Below are positions 42,057 through 57,619 of a DNA stretch of 64,000 nt, piece by piece. How positions within the stretch are numbered: the first letter of the stretch is position 1; each line of letters begins with the position of its first letter. The notes under the pieces are model-generated. The model saw only the letters and a program-made list of their open reading frames with translations. It ran no database searches and was not told where the DNA came from. This DNA is from Eledone cirrhosa (Eukaryota): contig OZ024757.1 of assembly GCA_964016885.1 (NCBI GenBank), positions 39,432,001 to 39,496,000 on the forward strand. Direction: 5' to 3'. Made by a program: the position numbers and the translations under genes.

Positions 42057-42536
42057 ACCTATAGCTAGGATGGCTGAGAAAATTCAATAGAAAGAAAGCC
42101 TCAAAGATATCGAGAACAAGAGAGATATAGATATACATAGGACAAGTATAACAATAAAAGAAACATCAAATAGACTAAGAGACATAAAGAGATAGAGAAA
42201 ATATCAAATATCTATTCTGTGATATGTCACTAGAAGAGACATATATATTAGGAGTTTAGAAATGGTAAATAGCAGAAACCTTACAACCATTTTCTGTGAT
42301 TAGATTTTGAATCCTTAATATAATTTTCTGTTGTCATTTTGGAAGTTAATTTCAAGTTTAGATAAATGAATTCAGTCTTTTATAAATTAACTATAAACCG
42401 ATGCTTTGGTATGGTGTGTCTTGTTGTTTATTGTGTCAGCTCTGTTGGATGACGCTAAGCATACATATATACGCATTAATATATAGGCACTCCCTACACG
42501 AAAATTGTCTCACACACTTGCATACACATATGTTTG

Positions 42537-42627
<91 letters not shown>

Positions 42628-42631
42628 GAAA

Positions 42632-42664
<33 letters not shown>

Positions 42665-42912
42665 TATAGGTAGGTGGTGAGTCTGTGGATAAACTGAAGG
42701 TGTTGCTATTGATAGACATAACGTTTGGCACCTACAAGGAGGTCATTAAGAATATATCAACATTATATGAAGATAAAATGTACATTTAACTTCAAGATGA
42801 TATTAACATTGTAAATGAACTAACGAACCATACGGCCAAACGAATTATATGTCTGTGTGGTGAAAGCATGAGCATGCGTGTTATGTTACTTTCATCTCTT
42901 CCTCCCGCTCTC

Positions 42913-42947
<35 letters not shown>

Positions 42948-42950
<3 letters not shown>

Positions 42951-43295
42951 AAAAGTATGACCCCGACGGCAGAGCTCAAGCCGTTTCGACGGCTATTTCT
43001 GGACAAAATGAGAATGTTTAGCCTGGTGAATAAATAGCCGAACTTTTCAAGGGGGTACTTCCTTATATGGGAAGATTGACAACTACAATCTTCCCATATA
43101 AGGAAGTGCCCCCTTGAAAAGTTCGGCTATTTATTCACCAGGCTAAAAATTCTAATTTAGTCCAGAAATAGCCGTCGAAACGGCTTGATCTCTGCCGTCG
43201 TGGTCATACTTTTTCCTATTTCCCACTCTACTACCATAAGTATTGCGTACACTGGTGCGTTATGGTTCATCTGGTTCCTTACCACAATTCCTTTG

Positions 43296-43297
<2 letters not shown>
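42948..43297. mobile_element. TTTTCCTA-ending HHR family, longest hairpin copy
   Basis: About 130-bp arms around a 7-nt loop (43079-43085), tail to CTTTGTTA(TA)n. Confidence 0.88.
42951..43062 (-). ncRNA. Full type-I HHR, U3-A8 core, GUC site
   Basis: ggaagtacCCCC-TTGAAAA-gttCGGCTATTT[..]AAATAGCCGtc-GAA-ACGGC[ttgagctct]GCCGT-C-GGGGtcatactttt; mirror copy on + at about 43102-43213. Confidence 0.75.
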
Positions 43298-43346
<49 letters not shown>

Positions 43347-43349
<3 letters not shown>

Positions 43350-43538
43350 GTAGAACACTGGAAGGTAATATCCGTAGTGGTAGAGCACTCAGTCCATGGA
43401 CGAGTTAGGTAGAAGTGGTTACACAACAGTTAGTTCACCATACCGAGAACAATTGTTTCACCTTAGCGGATCCTCAGCTCGTAAACTAATAATTACGAGC
43501 TGAGGATCCGCTAAGGTGAAACAATTGTAACCACTTCT
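43347..43538. mobile_element. TA-flanked hairpin element with CUGAGGA HHR
   Basis: Palindrome centred near 43488; tail on the left. Confidence 0.8.
43444..43481 (-). ncRNA. Minimal type-I HHR, canonical core
   Basis: CGAG-CTGAGGA-tCCgctaaGGt-GAAA-caattg-TT-CTCG. Confidence 0.72.
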
Positions 43539-43554
43539 ATATATATATATATAT

Positions 43555-43979
<425 letters not shown>

Positions 43980-44174
43980 ATTTGTTTCGACACACGATTT
44001 CATATCAAAAACCTCGCAAAACAAATATATATGTGTATATATAAAGGTATGTATGTGTGGGTATACGTGTGCATAATATATATGTATGAAAAAGGAAAAC
44101 AGATATAACAACCCAATCGGTACAGTATATGGAAGGGCTATATTAGGTTAACGCTTGAAATAGCAGGGAGTGGG

Positions 44175-44210
44175 TCTTAACGTTTCGGACGCTAGTCCTT
44201 CATCAGAAGA
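44175..44210 (-). ncRNA. Minimal type-I HHR in a PLE-like 3' end (44090-44330)
   Basis: TCTT-CTGATGA-aGGACtagcGTCC-GAAA-cg-TT-AAGA. Confidence 0.65.
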
Positions 44211-44326
44211 AAGAATGAGAAATAAGATAGATTGAAGGGACAGGTGGGGTGGAATTGGAAAAAATGTCTTTAAATAAAAATCAGGTCAATTCATCCTGAC
44301 ATCTCTTGCAAAACTGTTGAAAGAAG

Positions 44327-44389
<63 letters not shown>

Positions 44390-44423
44390 ATGCATATATA
44401 TATATATATATATATATACAAAC

Positions 44424-44456
<33 letters not shown>

Positions 44457-44512
44457 TACATTATATATATATATATTATATATATGTATATATATATTAT
44501 ATATATATATAC

Positions 44513-44545
<33 letters not shown>

Positions 44546-44615
44546 AATATATACATACATATATATATGTATATATATATATATATACTTATATATATAT
44601 GTATATATATATATG

Positions 44616-44687
<72 letters not shown>

Positions 44688-45982
44688 CATATATATATAT
44701 ATATACATAAATATACAAACATTATATATTATTTTTCATCCTTACGGGGTCGATAAAATAAAGTACCAGTAATGCACTGGGATAATTGCTGGCCTGGTGC
44801 CCAAAGTAGAAACAATTATTATTATTATTTAGAGAACGAGGGATGGAAATAAGTGTTTGAATGTCCGGCAATATATATATATCGTCGTATTTATTCCATC
44901 TCTTTACGTACTGTGACCACTTCTCGTCAGTGCCATGTTTACTTTTTTATCCTTTCGGACTTGGTAAAATAAACCGCCTGTATAATACTGAAGATGATTT
45001 ATTTTACTAAAATATCTCCGCCACCGCTCCATATTGCTGGTCTCGTGCCCAAATTAGTAACGATTATTAAAATAGTATGTATATTTCAGCAATAAATCTC
45101 CTACCATCTGGGAATATTAACTGAATAGAAGAAAATGGGAAAATGTCTTTTTTTTTTTATCTTTCATCAATTTTACTTTGTCGAATCAGATCGAAAACAT
45201 TAACTATAAAGAGACCCACGGGGCTTAGGGGACGTTTAATGTTTTAGAAGAGAAAGAAAAAATGGAAAAAAAACAAAGGAATAGAACCGATTGTCAGATC
45301 TGACCAATTAAAGAGTGTATCCGTTGCTGTTTATTTTGTTGATAATATCCGCCAGTCACACATCCTGGCAGACAATGGCATGATTTGAACTTAGAACCTA
45401 CAATGCCAAGTTGAAGCAGCATACCGAGGCAGTTTTACATTCCTACTCTGATATCGGGAACACAGTGATGCCACTCGTGGTTTTGAGAGAAATTCATGTA
45501 CCACTGTTTAAAAGCTTGTAATATTTCTTTTAAATATTGGCAGCACAAGGCCGATTATATCGATCTCTAGTTGTTTACTGGTACTTTGTTTTATGGACCC
45601 CGGAATGATGAAAAATAAATCTAATATTTGGGGTATTTCAACTCTGAACGTAAAAGCTCCGTCACTATATGCCGCAAATCATATTGTCCGACACTCTACG
45701 AATTACTGCCATTAAATTGACTTCTTGAAACGTGATAATAATTATCATGAATGTGACAAAAGTCGAACATCCCTGTAAAGCAAAGTTGACGTCAGTGGCG
45801 TTTGAACTCGGAGAACAGAAAACCAGAAAGAATACTGCAAAACATTCTAACGATCTTCTAATGACTCAGCCAATTCGCTGTCTCTTTCAACATTAGGGAC
45901 CTTATATGAAGCTAGGAGAATAAATGATCTTACAGCACTCCGCGAAATTTACAAGCTTAATGTTACATGTGTATAAGAACAT

Positions 45983-46170
45983 CGGTGAATTGGCAATATC
46001 GGTAGAGGGTTGGACGCCATGCTTTCTACCATAGTTACGTCCCTTTACGGACTGATTTCAAATCCCGACTAGGTTAACTTTGCGCTTCATCCTTACGGGG
46101 TCGATAGAATAAAGTACTAATAATGTACTGGGTAATTGCTGGCCTTGTGCCCAAAATAGAAACAATTATT
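45983..46170 (+). mobile_element. Full-length family A SINE
   Basis: Head, B-box, central domain and tail all present. Confidence 0.85.
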
Positions 46171-47000
46171 ACTATCCTGATGACGTGATCAAAAATCCTG
46201 ATTCAGACAGTAATTATCATATATCTTATTCCGACAATTAGATGTTAGGTATGTTAGATTATTTAAGACGCATTAAAAAAAGCTGACGTTAGATATTATA
46301 AGAAATACTTAATAAACAGCTCCTATATCTCTGTGTATGCCAAGGGCTGAGTAAATTGAATTATTCAGTTGATCTTCTCTAATTAAAGTCTTTTATGTGA
46401 ATAGACAGGAACTATATTTGGAAATATTCGATGTAAGATAAAATTGTGAAAGAATGAATATGTGAGTTTGAGTGTTTGTATATATGTGTATGACTGTTTG
46501 TAAATGTGTATGAGTGTTTGTAGGGTATAACGTTTACAAAGCAATACTACATATGTTTCAAGATTAAATATGCCTAAGCTTTCGGTGGAATAATGTATTG
46601 AAGAGGAAAACAGCTTCCTACGATGATTGCGCGCCGTCTCTTGTAAGAAACCGTAAGAAGCCATATGTGTTTAGAAAAACTTTTGCTTCACGAATGAGAA
46701 CCAACTATACAACTTGATACACAGGCTTGTAAAAGCTTGTAATATCTATAAACAAATTATAAATGTTCACATACGATTGAGTTCTGTTCTACCATTATAC
46801 ACCCCAATAAACACTCTACCTACAGACGACGAGCCTCTGAAAGTCTAGAAACGTGTTTTCTCAAAATAAGCTCCAATGATCTCACGGGGAAATAAGAGAA
46901 AAGAGAGATAAAAACAACTTAAAACTTATATCATTACTTAAAGAGAAAAGTTGTTCCACATATATACTAATACACCAACCCATATATATATATATAAACT

Positions 47001-47037
<37 letters not shown>

Positions 47038-47424
47038 TTACACATTAACCATATAAATAAATATAACACATTATGTTTCTAAATAAATTTATAGTTTATT
47101 GTCACGGTATGAAATCAATATTCTCCAATAAGTTATCAATCAAAATATTGATTTAGTATGTAATGGGCTTTCTGTTAAAATAACCAGTTAATTGTCGGAA
47201 ATATTGCTTTAGAATTAAATTTAGACTTTCTCGTGCAGATAAAGTTTAGAAATAATAGTTCACCTATCAGAGTTCGAAATCAATCACTGCTGATTCCCCC
47301 ACCCCAAGAAAAATTGATTATTTTCTATATATTTTAGACGAGCACCCTAAGAATTAAGACATTTGTGACCATAATAACCGTGTTTCTAAAATATAATAAC
47401 GAGATTTATAAGACTATCGCACAG

Positions 47425-47611
47425 GTTGCCGTCGAGATCTCAGACGTATTTGGACCCCCGTACTGTTGAGCTCTTCTACAAGATCGGAACGTCGGGGAAC
47501 CGTCTGAGGAAAGCGCTCCGCGAGGTGGGGCTGGTGTGGTTTTTGCAGCGCGTGTCGCTGGTCATTCTCCGCGGGAATGCTGTTTCAGTCTTGTTCACGA
47601 GGTGCAGGTAG
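47425..47611 (+). mobile_element. CRE-like non-LTR retrotransposon C-terminal fragment
   Basis: ..RE..WFLQRVSLVILRGNAVSVL matches the QRxSxAxxRGNA terminus of CRE-clade RLE proteins. Confidence 0.7.
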
Positions 47612-48225
47612 CCCTATTACCACCGAGCTCTAGATCCTGAGCCCAATGGCCCTCTCGCTCCACATTCTTCCATGACACAACAACCTTTGCCATTCCCTTC
47701 CTTTTCCGTTATTTTTAAAAATATTTTCTTATTTCACATTCCATTCTCTCTTCAAAAACTAATTTTTTTTCTTTTGCTATTAATTTCTATATACATGATA
47801 TATTTTTGACATAGAATTCTGAAAATAATGAAGAACTTGAGGGTTTTAGTAATACAAATAATTTTTATTCTATAAATCAACTCACTATGGATGTTTCTAT
47901 AACAATAATGTTTGTGTTACTATTACAAGATATGTGCTGTTATGATATATGATAGCAAGACAAAAAACCCCAAACGACTTGTTTTGGAATATAATTGATG
48001 AGACAGTGAATTGGCAGAATCGTTAGAACGCTGGAGAGAATGTTTTGTGGTATTCGTTTTGGCTCTCTGCTGTCCGAGTTCAAATCCTGAGAGAGAAACA
48101 TAAAGGACAATAACCCAGAAACAATATTGTCGATTGCTTCTCTCTGTCACTAACACAAATGGGTGGTGATGGTCATCTAATAAACATAGAGTAGTGAAGC
48201 TGTTTGTTTGCAAATGAATCGAGTA

Positions 48226-48610
48226 GGGCGGTGGTTTGGCAGTATCGGTAGAGCGTCAGACACCATGCTTTGCAGCATAGAGTTATGGCCCTTTGTGTCT
48301 CTGAGTTCAAATCCGCCGAGGTTAAATTTGCCTTTCATCCTTATGGGATCGATAAAATAAAGTACCAGTGATGCACTAGGGTATGGCTGGCCTTGTACGA
48401 AAAGTAGAAACTCTTAAGGGTGGTGAATTGGCAGTATCGGTAGAGGGTTGGACGCCATACTTTCTAACATAATTACGTCCCTTTACGGTCTGAGTACAAA
48501 TCCCGTCGAGGTTAACTTTGCTTTTCATTCTGACGGGGTCGATAGAATAAAGTACCAGTAATGTACTGGGTAATTGCTGGTCTTATGGCAAAAGTAGAAA
48601 CAATTATTAT
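48226..48610 (+). mobile_element. Two tandem full-length family A SINEs
   Basis: Two heads GG.GGTG..TTGGCAGTATCGGTAGAG at about 48226 and 48418. Confidence 0.88.
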
Positions 48611-49291
48611 CATTCTATATAAAAGTCACCAATACATATTTGATAAACTTATATATGATAAAATATCAGACGCTAAAACATTAACTATTACTGAATATAC
48701 ACTGTTTACTAATAGGAAAAAAAAACCTTCTATGTAATCTATATTAGATAAATTTATATATAATAGAATAGCAGGCGTTAAAACATTAAATATTACTGGA
48801 TGCAAACTGTTTGCTAACAAGCAAAAACATTTATTACAAAATATATTTTATAAATATATAAACATGCAATGACCTTCATAGATTCTTGTAAAAATGAGAC
48901 TCCCTTCGTGTTTCTCATATTTTAAAGATAATGTTATTTGTGCTTTATGGTAAACTTCTGTTTTGTGATTTCGTTTCGTTTTATATTCCATTGTGTTGTG
49001 TGTTGGTATTGTTAAATTTCAAACAACAAATCTACAGTAATGAAGATAAAAAACCTGATATATCCGGGATTTTTGTCATTGGTAAACCGCAAGTATACAC
49101 GCACGGACTCCGAGGAATGTATGTATGTATGTATGTATGTATGTATGTATGTATGTATGTATGTATGTATGTATGTATGTATGTATGTATGTATGTATGT
49201 ATGTATGTATGTATGTATGTATGTATCCATGTATGTATGTATATAGTTGCATAACAGTTAGTTCACCATTACTGATAACACACACACACAC

Positions 49292-49376
<85 letters not shown>

Positions 49377-49533
49377 CGTATATATATACGTATATATATA
49401 TATATATATATATATACGTATATATATACGTATATATATTCATATTATATATATATGTATACGTATATATATACGTATATATATTCATATTATATATATA
49501 TATATGTATATATATACGTATATATATTCATAT

Positions 49534-49572
<39 letters not shown>

Positions 49573-49682
49573 CGTATATATATACGTATATATATATATA
49601 TATATATATATATACGTATATATATACGTATATATATTCATATTATATATATATGTATATATATATATACGTATATATATTC

Positions 49683-49706
<24 letters not shown>

Positions 49707-49713
<7 letters not shown>

Positions 49714-49955
49714 TTCAAAATGTTAACAAATGAAAAATATTGGCATAATCAAAATATATACTTTATTATATATATTTCAAAGGTACTGTGCTGTTTTTTT
49801 CAGTACGTCCTCATCAAACAGCACAGTGCCTTGAACTTTTCATTTGTTAACATTTTGAATAATATTAAAAACTTCATGAAATTTTTTTGTTGAGTGCTTC
49901 TAATCTATTGTAAAAGTGTATTCGTCGAGTAATCAACGAAGCATATTAATATTTG

Positions 49956-49960
<5 letters not shown>
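49707..49960. mobile_element. TA-flanked hairpin element related to 32930-33222, degenerate HHR (TTGATGA) at 49761-49820 (-)
   Basis: Shares CAGTACGTCCTCATCA and the tail GAGTGCTTC.AATCTA; inverted AATATTATTCAAAATGTTAACAAATGAAAA. Confidence 0.7.
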
Positions 49961-50017
<57 letters not shown>

Positions 50018-50019
<2 letters not shown>

Positions 50020-50283
50020 TTGTATTTAATTTGTTGGAAGTCCGACAAACATAAATGTTTATAACTGATTTAGAGCACTCAACAGAAAAAGCTGGAGTAA
50101 ATATTCAATGATATTAAATAAATGGAAAGTATATTTATAAACCATATTTATTTCATTATATATATTTCAAGACAACATTGGTGCGCTTTCATCAGATAAA
50201 TGGTGTCTTGGTTGCCCTTGAAATATATATAATGAAATAAATATGGTTTTATAAATATAGTTTCCATTTATTTAATATCATTG
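50018..50283. mobile_element. TA-flanked hairpin element (arms 50106-50171 / 50217-50283) with HHR at 50152-50200 (-)
   Basis: TTTAT-CTGATGA-AAG..CTT-GAAA-tatata-TA-ATGAA. Confidence 0.7.
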
Positions 50284-50314
50284 TATATATATATATATAT
50301 ACACTTATACATAC

Positions 50315-50524
<210 letters not shown>

Positions 50525-50773
50525 ACAAACGTTATTAAGCTAATGTTATTCACTCGACCAACTTGAAAAGCCAACTAATACCTTAGTGGCACACCATATT
50601 CTGATGTATACATATATACCTATGTATGTATACATGTATGTTTGTGTGTATGAATGCGTATGGTGCTCTATGTATACGTATGCAATTTTTATTGTTTATT
50701 TGTCCTTCATTTGTCGACATATATGGATAATTATATTACTTTTATCTGTTGTAATTTTCCCTAATAACATAAT

Positions 50774-50855
<82 letters not shown>

Positions 50856-51016
50856 GGGGGGGGGGTGTATGTGTGTGCGTGTATTATTTCTTTTATTAAA
50901 AATTTTGTGTGAGAATTTGCAATATATATTTATATATACATATATATAAATATATATATGAATATATATATATATATATAAATAAACATATATATATATA
51001 TATTTATATGTATATA

Positions 51017-51049
<33 letters not shown>

Positions 51050-51074
51050 GTATATATATATATGTATATGTATA

Positions 51075-51132
<58 letters not shown>

Positions 51133-51164
51133 TGTATATGTATATATATGTATATATATGTATG

Positions 51165-51231
<67 letters not shown>

Positions 51232-51241
51232 GCACACACAT

Positions 51242-51352
<111 letters not shown>

Positions 51353-51675
51353 TACACATATACATATAAACATATACATATACATATATGTGTCTGTGAG
51401 TGTGTGTGTTTCTATATAAATGATGGTAATTAAATAATAACAAATTGTTGCTCGTCCTCTCATCTCATCTTCCCTCTTCCCAAAATATTAAAGATCTAAA
51501 GAAAGGAATGAATGGAACATTGGAGAAGATTGGATTCATTAGAAACAAAATGAATGTAATGCCATTTTTTTTGTTTCACACGAAGAGCCCGTCCTCACGC
51601 AAAACTGACATTGAGATTTAGTTACATCAAATTGAAGTCCTTCCCCATCAAAATATTAATTTAAATGGAATATAC

Positions 51676-51712
<37 letters not shown>

Positions 51713-51862
51713 TACACAGGCATACACACACGTGTGTGTGTGTATCTGTGTGTTTCTGCATGTGAATGGCTTTATAAATATAAACATAATCCTTCATAAG
51801 CGCTCACACATATATACATGTATTATAAACATATGTCAAATCTGTTTAGATATATATATATG

Positions 51863-51949
<87 letters not shown>

Positions 51950-52394
51950 CACACAAACCTACTTACATAAAGTCATACCTACCTACATACATACGATACC
52001 ATATCACATATATATAATTATTCATGCTAAGCTATTTATCAAACGGTTCACAGTTAATTGCATCCCCACAATTACTGCGTTGTTTATGAGTCATTCCACT
52101 GGAAATGATTAAATCTTTTGGTTTACATAAGTTGTGTTCTTCTCATTGTGTTAGCTTTTGTTTATGCTATACCGGAAATTTTGTTTATGTATTTTCTATA
52201 AAAGATACCATCTTTGGGAGAGGAAGGGAATATATAAAAACATCATACCACAACTAGAAAGGATATAAAGAGATAAATATATTAAAAATTCCACCATTTC
52301 TTTTTTTACTTTTGTTGGTGTTTTGTCTTTTAACATGGTGTATTCAATTCGGTTTAGAATAATTTGTGCTCACGCTTGTTTGTGATATATATAT

Positions 52395-52492
<98 letters not shown>

Positions 52493-52513
52493 GCATGAAT
52501 GTATATATATGTA

Positions 52514-52594
<81 letters not shown>

Positions 52595-52735
52595 TTATTT
52601 ATATATAAATATGTATATGTATATGTATATATGTATATATATATATATGTATATATATATATGTATATACACATACACATACATGTATATATATACATGC
52701 ATATATATGTCTCTGTGTGTACACACAAACACACG

Positions 52736-52886
<151 letters not shown>

Positions 52887-53972
52887 AATGAAAGAGAGAG
52901 AGTGTAATAGTAGTTAAGGGAAAATAGACGGGTTTAAACCAACAGCATATGTATATTTATTTGTGAAGTTTAATAAATATTTGTGCGAATGTATGTGTAT
53001 TTATGTCTACATTCTAGAAGAACACCCGGAGTTGCCTGGTAAATAAATCACTAAGTTGGTGGCCTGTTTGCTGTATGAAAATTACGGGAATTCTGAATAT
53101 GTTTATTTGACTATTGAGAAAAAAGGATATATTTTAACTCCTACAACTTTCCTGCTTGTTAATAGCTCTCTATATCTTAAAATATGCACATTCATTTACA
53201 CATACAGACATCCCTGAATATATGGACATTGATACAAATATATATGTATTTGTTTCATTCTTGAAGTTTTGGAGAGAACTTTTTTTATTATACATCATAC
53301 AAATTTCGAAGGCGATTAAATTGATACAATGACAAGTCCAAAACGTTAGGGAGACAAAATATGTGGTTTTCTCCCTTCTGAACCCTTTTTAGGGTCGTGT
53401 ACTATGCAATCTTTGTGCTTCAATCGCACGCTTAACATCGCCAGAAAGAACAGCGTGAAATAAAGTGGCTTTCTCAAGGACATAGCTCATCACCCGCTTC
53501 CGGGAATCGAATACATAACCTCACTATTCCGTGACCAATTCTCTAACCACTAAGTAAAGCGCCTTCTAATAACACCTATAAATCCTTAAATGTTTTATCG
53601 TAGAAATTGGGTCGAAAGTGCAACGATGTGTGCTTTCAATTTTAAGAGAGATGGATAAGATATGAGGAAAATTTGGTGGCTATTTCTAACCGCTTGAAAC
53701 CCCTTGCGGTGTTACATACAGACGTGTTCTTTACATCACACAAAGGCAGGTTTGAAGGTGGAGCGAGAAATGAGTCAGCTGAGTCAAGAGTTCAGAACAC
53801 TTGTACGATTCACATATCATGTGTCATCTAAAATAAATATTGTAGCGGAGGACATGTTTAACTTGTGGCGTTAGAAAGAAAATGGAAGAAAGGAAGGGTG
53901 TGTTAAGAGACAATATTATGTGGTTACGTATTCCTAACACGTATGACTATACACGCACATATAAATATATAT

Positions 53973-54044
<72 letters not shown>

Positions 54045-54113
54045 ATATATATGTATATATATATATATGTGTGTGTGTATATATGTATATATATATATAT
54101 ATGTGTGTGTGTA

Positions 54114-54152
<39 letters not shown>

Positions 54153-54211
54153 ATATATGTATATATATAAATATATGTGTGTGGGTGTATATATATATAT
54201 GTGTGTGTATG

Positions 54212-54258
<47 letters not shown>

Positions 54259-54297
54259 GTGTGTGTGTTTATATATATATATGTATATATATATATA

Positions 54298-54394
<97 letters not shown>

Positions 54395-54409
54395 ATATAT
54401 ATATATGTG

Positions 54410-54442
<33 letters not shown>

Positions 54443-54557
54443 GTATATATATATATGTGTATATATATATGTATATATATATATATATATTTGTATATAT
54501 ATGTATATATATATGTGTATATATATATGTATATATATATATATATATGTGTGTGTG

Positions 54558-54742
<185 letters not shown>

Positions 54743-54920
54743 GATGAAGGCACGAAGTTAGATTAATAGTAGTGACTACTAAATACCTCGTTACCCAATA
54801 TTCAGTTATAAAATCGCAGACAAGCAAAAAACAGTATTATTATTGTGCAAACATTGGCCTGTTTACTTAAACAGCAATTCTCAGACACTCATTTGAAATG
54901 TACACCCGGCCAGGCGAGTG

Positions 54921-54974
<54 letters not shown>

Positions 54975-54989
54975 GTATGAATGTGTGTT

Positions 54990-55020
<31 letters not shown>

Positions 55021-55120
55021 ATATATATATAAATACACATGTATGAATGTGTGTTTATATATATATATATATATGTTTATATATATGAATATATATATAC
55101 ATATGTATATATATATATGG

Positions 55121-55151
<31 letters not shown>

Positions 55152-55217
55152 CATTTGTATATATATATATTTATTTATATATATATATATATTTATTTAT
55201 ATATATATATATTTATT

Positions 55218-55248
<31 letters not shown>

Positions 55249-55393
55249 ATATTTATATATATATAAATATTTATATATATATATATACATATACGTATAT
55301 ATATATATATACGTATATATATATAAGTGTATTTATGTGTATATATATATGTGTATATGACGGTATATAGAAATGACTGTAAGTACACCACAC

Positions 55394-55455
<62 letters not shown>

Positions 55456-55981
55456 TCACAGCAATTCACATTACACAGCAGAAAAGTAAAACAAATTATG
55501 GCACTCTTGGAATCAATCATGTATTTCAGTTCGATATCGAATATCGTGAAGATCATCACACTTGATGATTTATTTACAAACATTTACAGACCCTTAGGCA
55601 CCAGTTTTGTACTAATATGAAATACGAACTTTAGTATGGCTTAAGTAATACTAGCAATGTAATATGAAAAAGAGTTTGAAATCGCGAAACATGTGAAATA
55701 TTTGCCCCAACCTAATGACTTCTAGTCAAATTTGTATTGCTTCAGCTGCAATACGTAATAATAACAAATATGGTATCATTTCCTTAGGAAAAATTCTCCA
55801 GCAGAACATCTACAAATCGACTCCAGTGCATTACTGGTACTTTATTTTATCGTCCCCGTAACAATGAAAGGTAAAGTTAACGTCGGCGGGATTTTTGAAT
55901 GCAGTTTCAGCCGTTTCCTGAGCGTGAATTTAATAAACATTTATCGTACTGCCTCTCTGTTCTGTCCCTGTTCAATTTTTC

Positions 55982-56072
<91 letters not shown>

Positions 56073-56097
56073 TTGTGTGTGTGTGAGTATGAATATA

Positions 56098-56280
56098 TGT
56101 AAGATACCAGGTGGACCATCACGCACCAAATTACTCAATACTTAGGGTAGTAGAGTGGGTAATAGGAAAAGAGTCAGAACCCCGACGGCTGAGATCCGAC
56201 CGTTTCAACGGTGGCTCAGTTCGGATCTAGCTATCGAAACGGCTGGAGCTCAGCCGTCGGGCTCCTGACTTTTTTCCTAT
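56098..56280. mobile_element. TTTTCCTA-ending HHR family, diverged subfamily hairpin
   Basis: GAA-ACGGCTG[gagct]CAGCCGT-C-GGG; ends TTTTTTCCTA(TA)n. Confidence 0.75.
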
Positions 56281-56697
56281 ATATATATATATGAATGGGT
56301 GGGTCCATGCTTATCTTTAGGTTTTGGTCCGTGCCTATCTCAGCGTTTATGAGCCGTAAATTACCGGACTTCAAAAAGGAATACTGATATACATATGTTT
56401 GATTATATAAAGGCAGAGCCCTACCATGACCGCAGTCTAATGGCTAATGACGGAAACCATTAAACGAAGAAAGAGAATAAAATATATGTTATTTTAATAT
56501 TAAAAAAAATTATGACTCCTTATACTTTCGCATGTACAGTATTTTCGTTATTTTATAAATATGAATATATTTTCAAATATGACCTATTATTTCATATGTC
56601 CTGTGTAATATTCCATTAAATTCTTCCCCCATCTCGCTATCTGCCTCTGGCACTCATTATAGGGAGAGAGAGAGAGATTAATACATATATTTGAATA

Positions 56698-56788
<91 letters not shown>

Positions 56789-56790
56789 TC

Positions 56791-56912
<122 letters not shown>

Positions 56913-56914
56913 TT

Positions 56915-57004
<90 letters not shown>

Positions 57005-57619
57005 TTTATATATATATATATATTTGTATTACCTATTAAGATATTGGAATTTCCTTCCGTCCGTTCGATCGTTATCTGTGTTCATCGGAAGGTAGTAAAC
57101 GTTAGTGTTTCAGTTGCGAAGACTTTGATATTATTTTCTGCTCGGTCAACCTTAATAGAAATAGTTTAGTCAATAAGCCGGAAAACTGTTATCTGGAACA
57201 GATGACTTCTAGTGTTTATAGTTTATATAATTTATGTGTTATAAACCTATAGGTTTTTTTTTCTGGTTAGCTTTCATGGTTTTAAACAGAAGGTCAGCCC
57301 TGCTCCAACAGACAATAATAACTTTCATTTATATGTTATATTTATTTTACCCAACATTGAAAGTTTTATATCAAATTTTATATATTTAAAGTTTTCTAAA
57401 ATACATAAATATATAATTAATAGTAACTTCGAAGTTAAGACGTTTTAATTTGAAGGGTGTGCTTAAAATTGAAACTAGTATTACTTCCTAACTTCTAAAG
57501 ATATGTTAAAGCTGCCAGACATTACGTTTTCTTTTTACAATGTTTAAGAGAGAAAGAGAGAGAGTAGAGATAGAGATAGAGAGAAGGAGAGTAAATGAGC
57601 GTTGCTTCATAGTTCAAAC

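Noticed and set aside
46187-46215. CTGATGA motif
   Set aside because: No stem II or GAAA follows; likely a chance match.
50563-50600. TTGAAAA + GCCA..TGGC stem
   Set aside because: GAAA and stem I are absent; possibly a decayed U3-A8 HHR but not supportable.
54845-54888. Minus-strand CTGAGAA + CTGTTT/AAACAG stem in a TA-flanked insert
   Set aside because: Both core segments are mutated; too degenerate to call.
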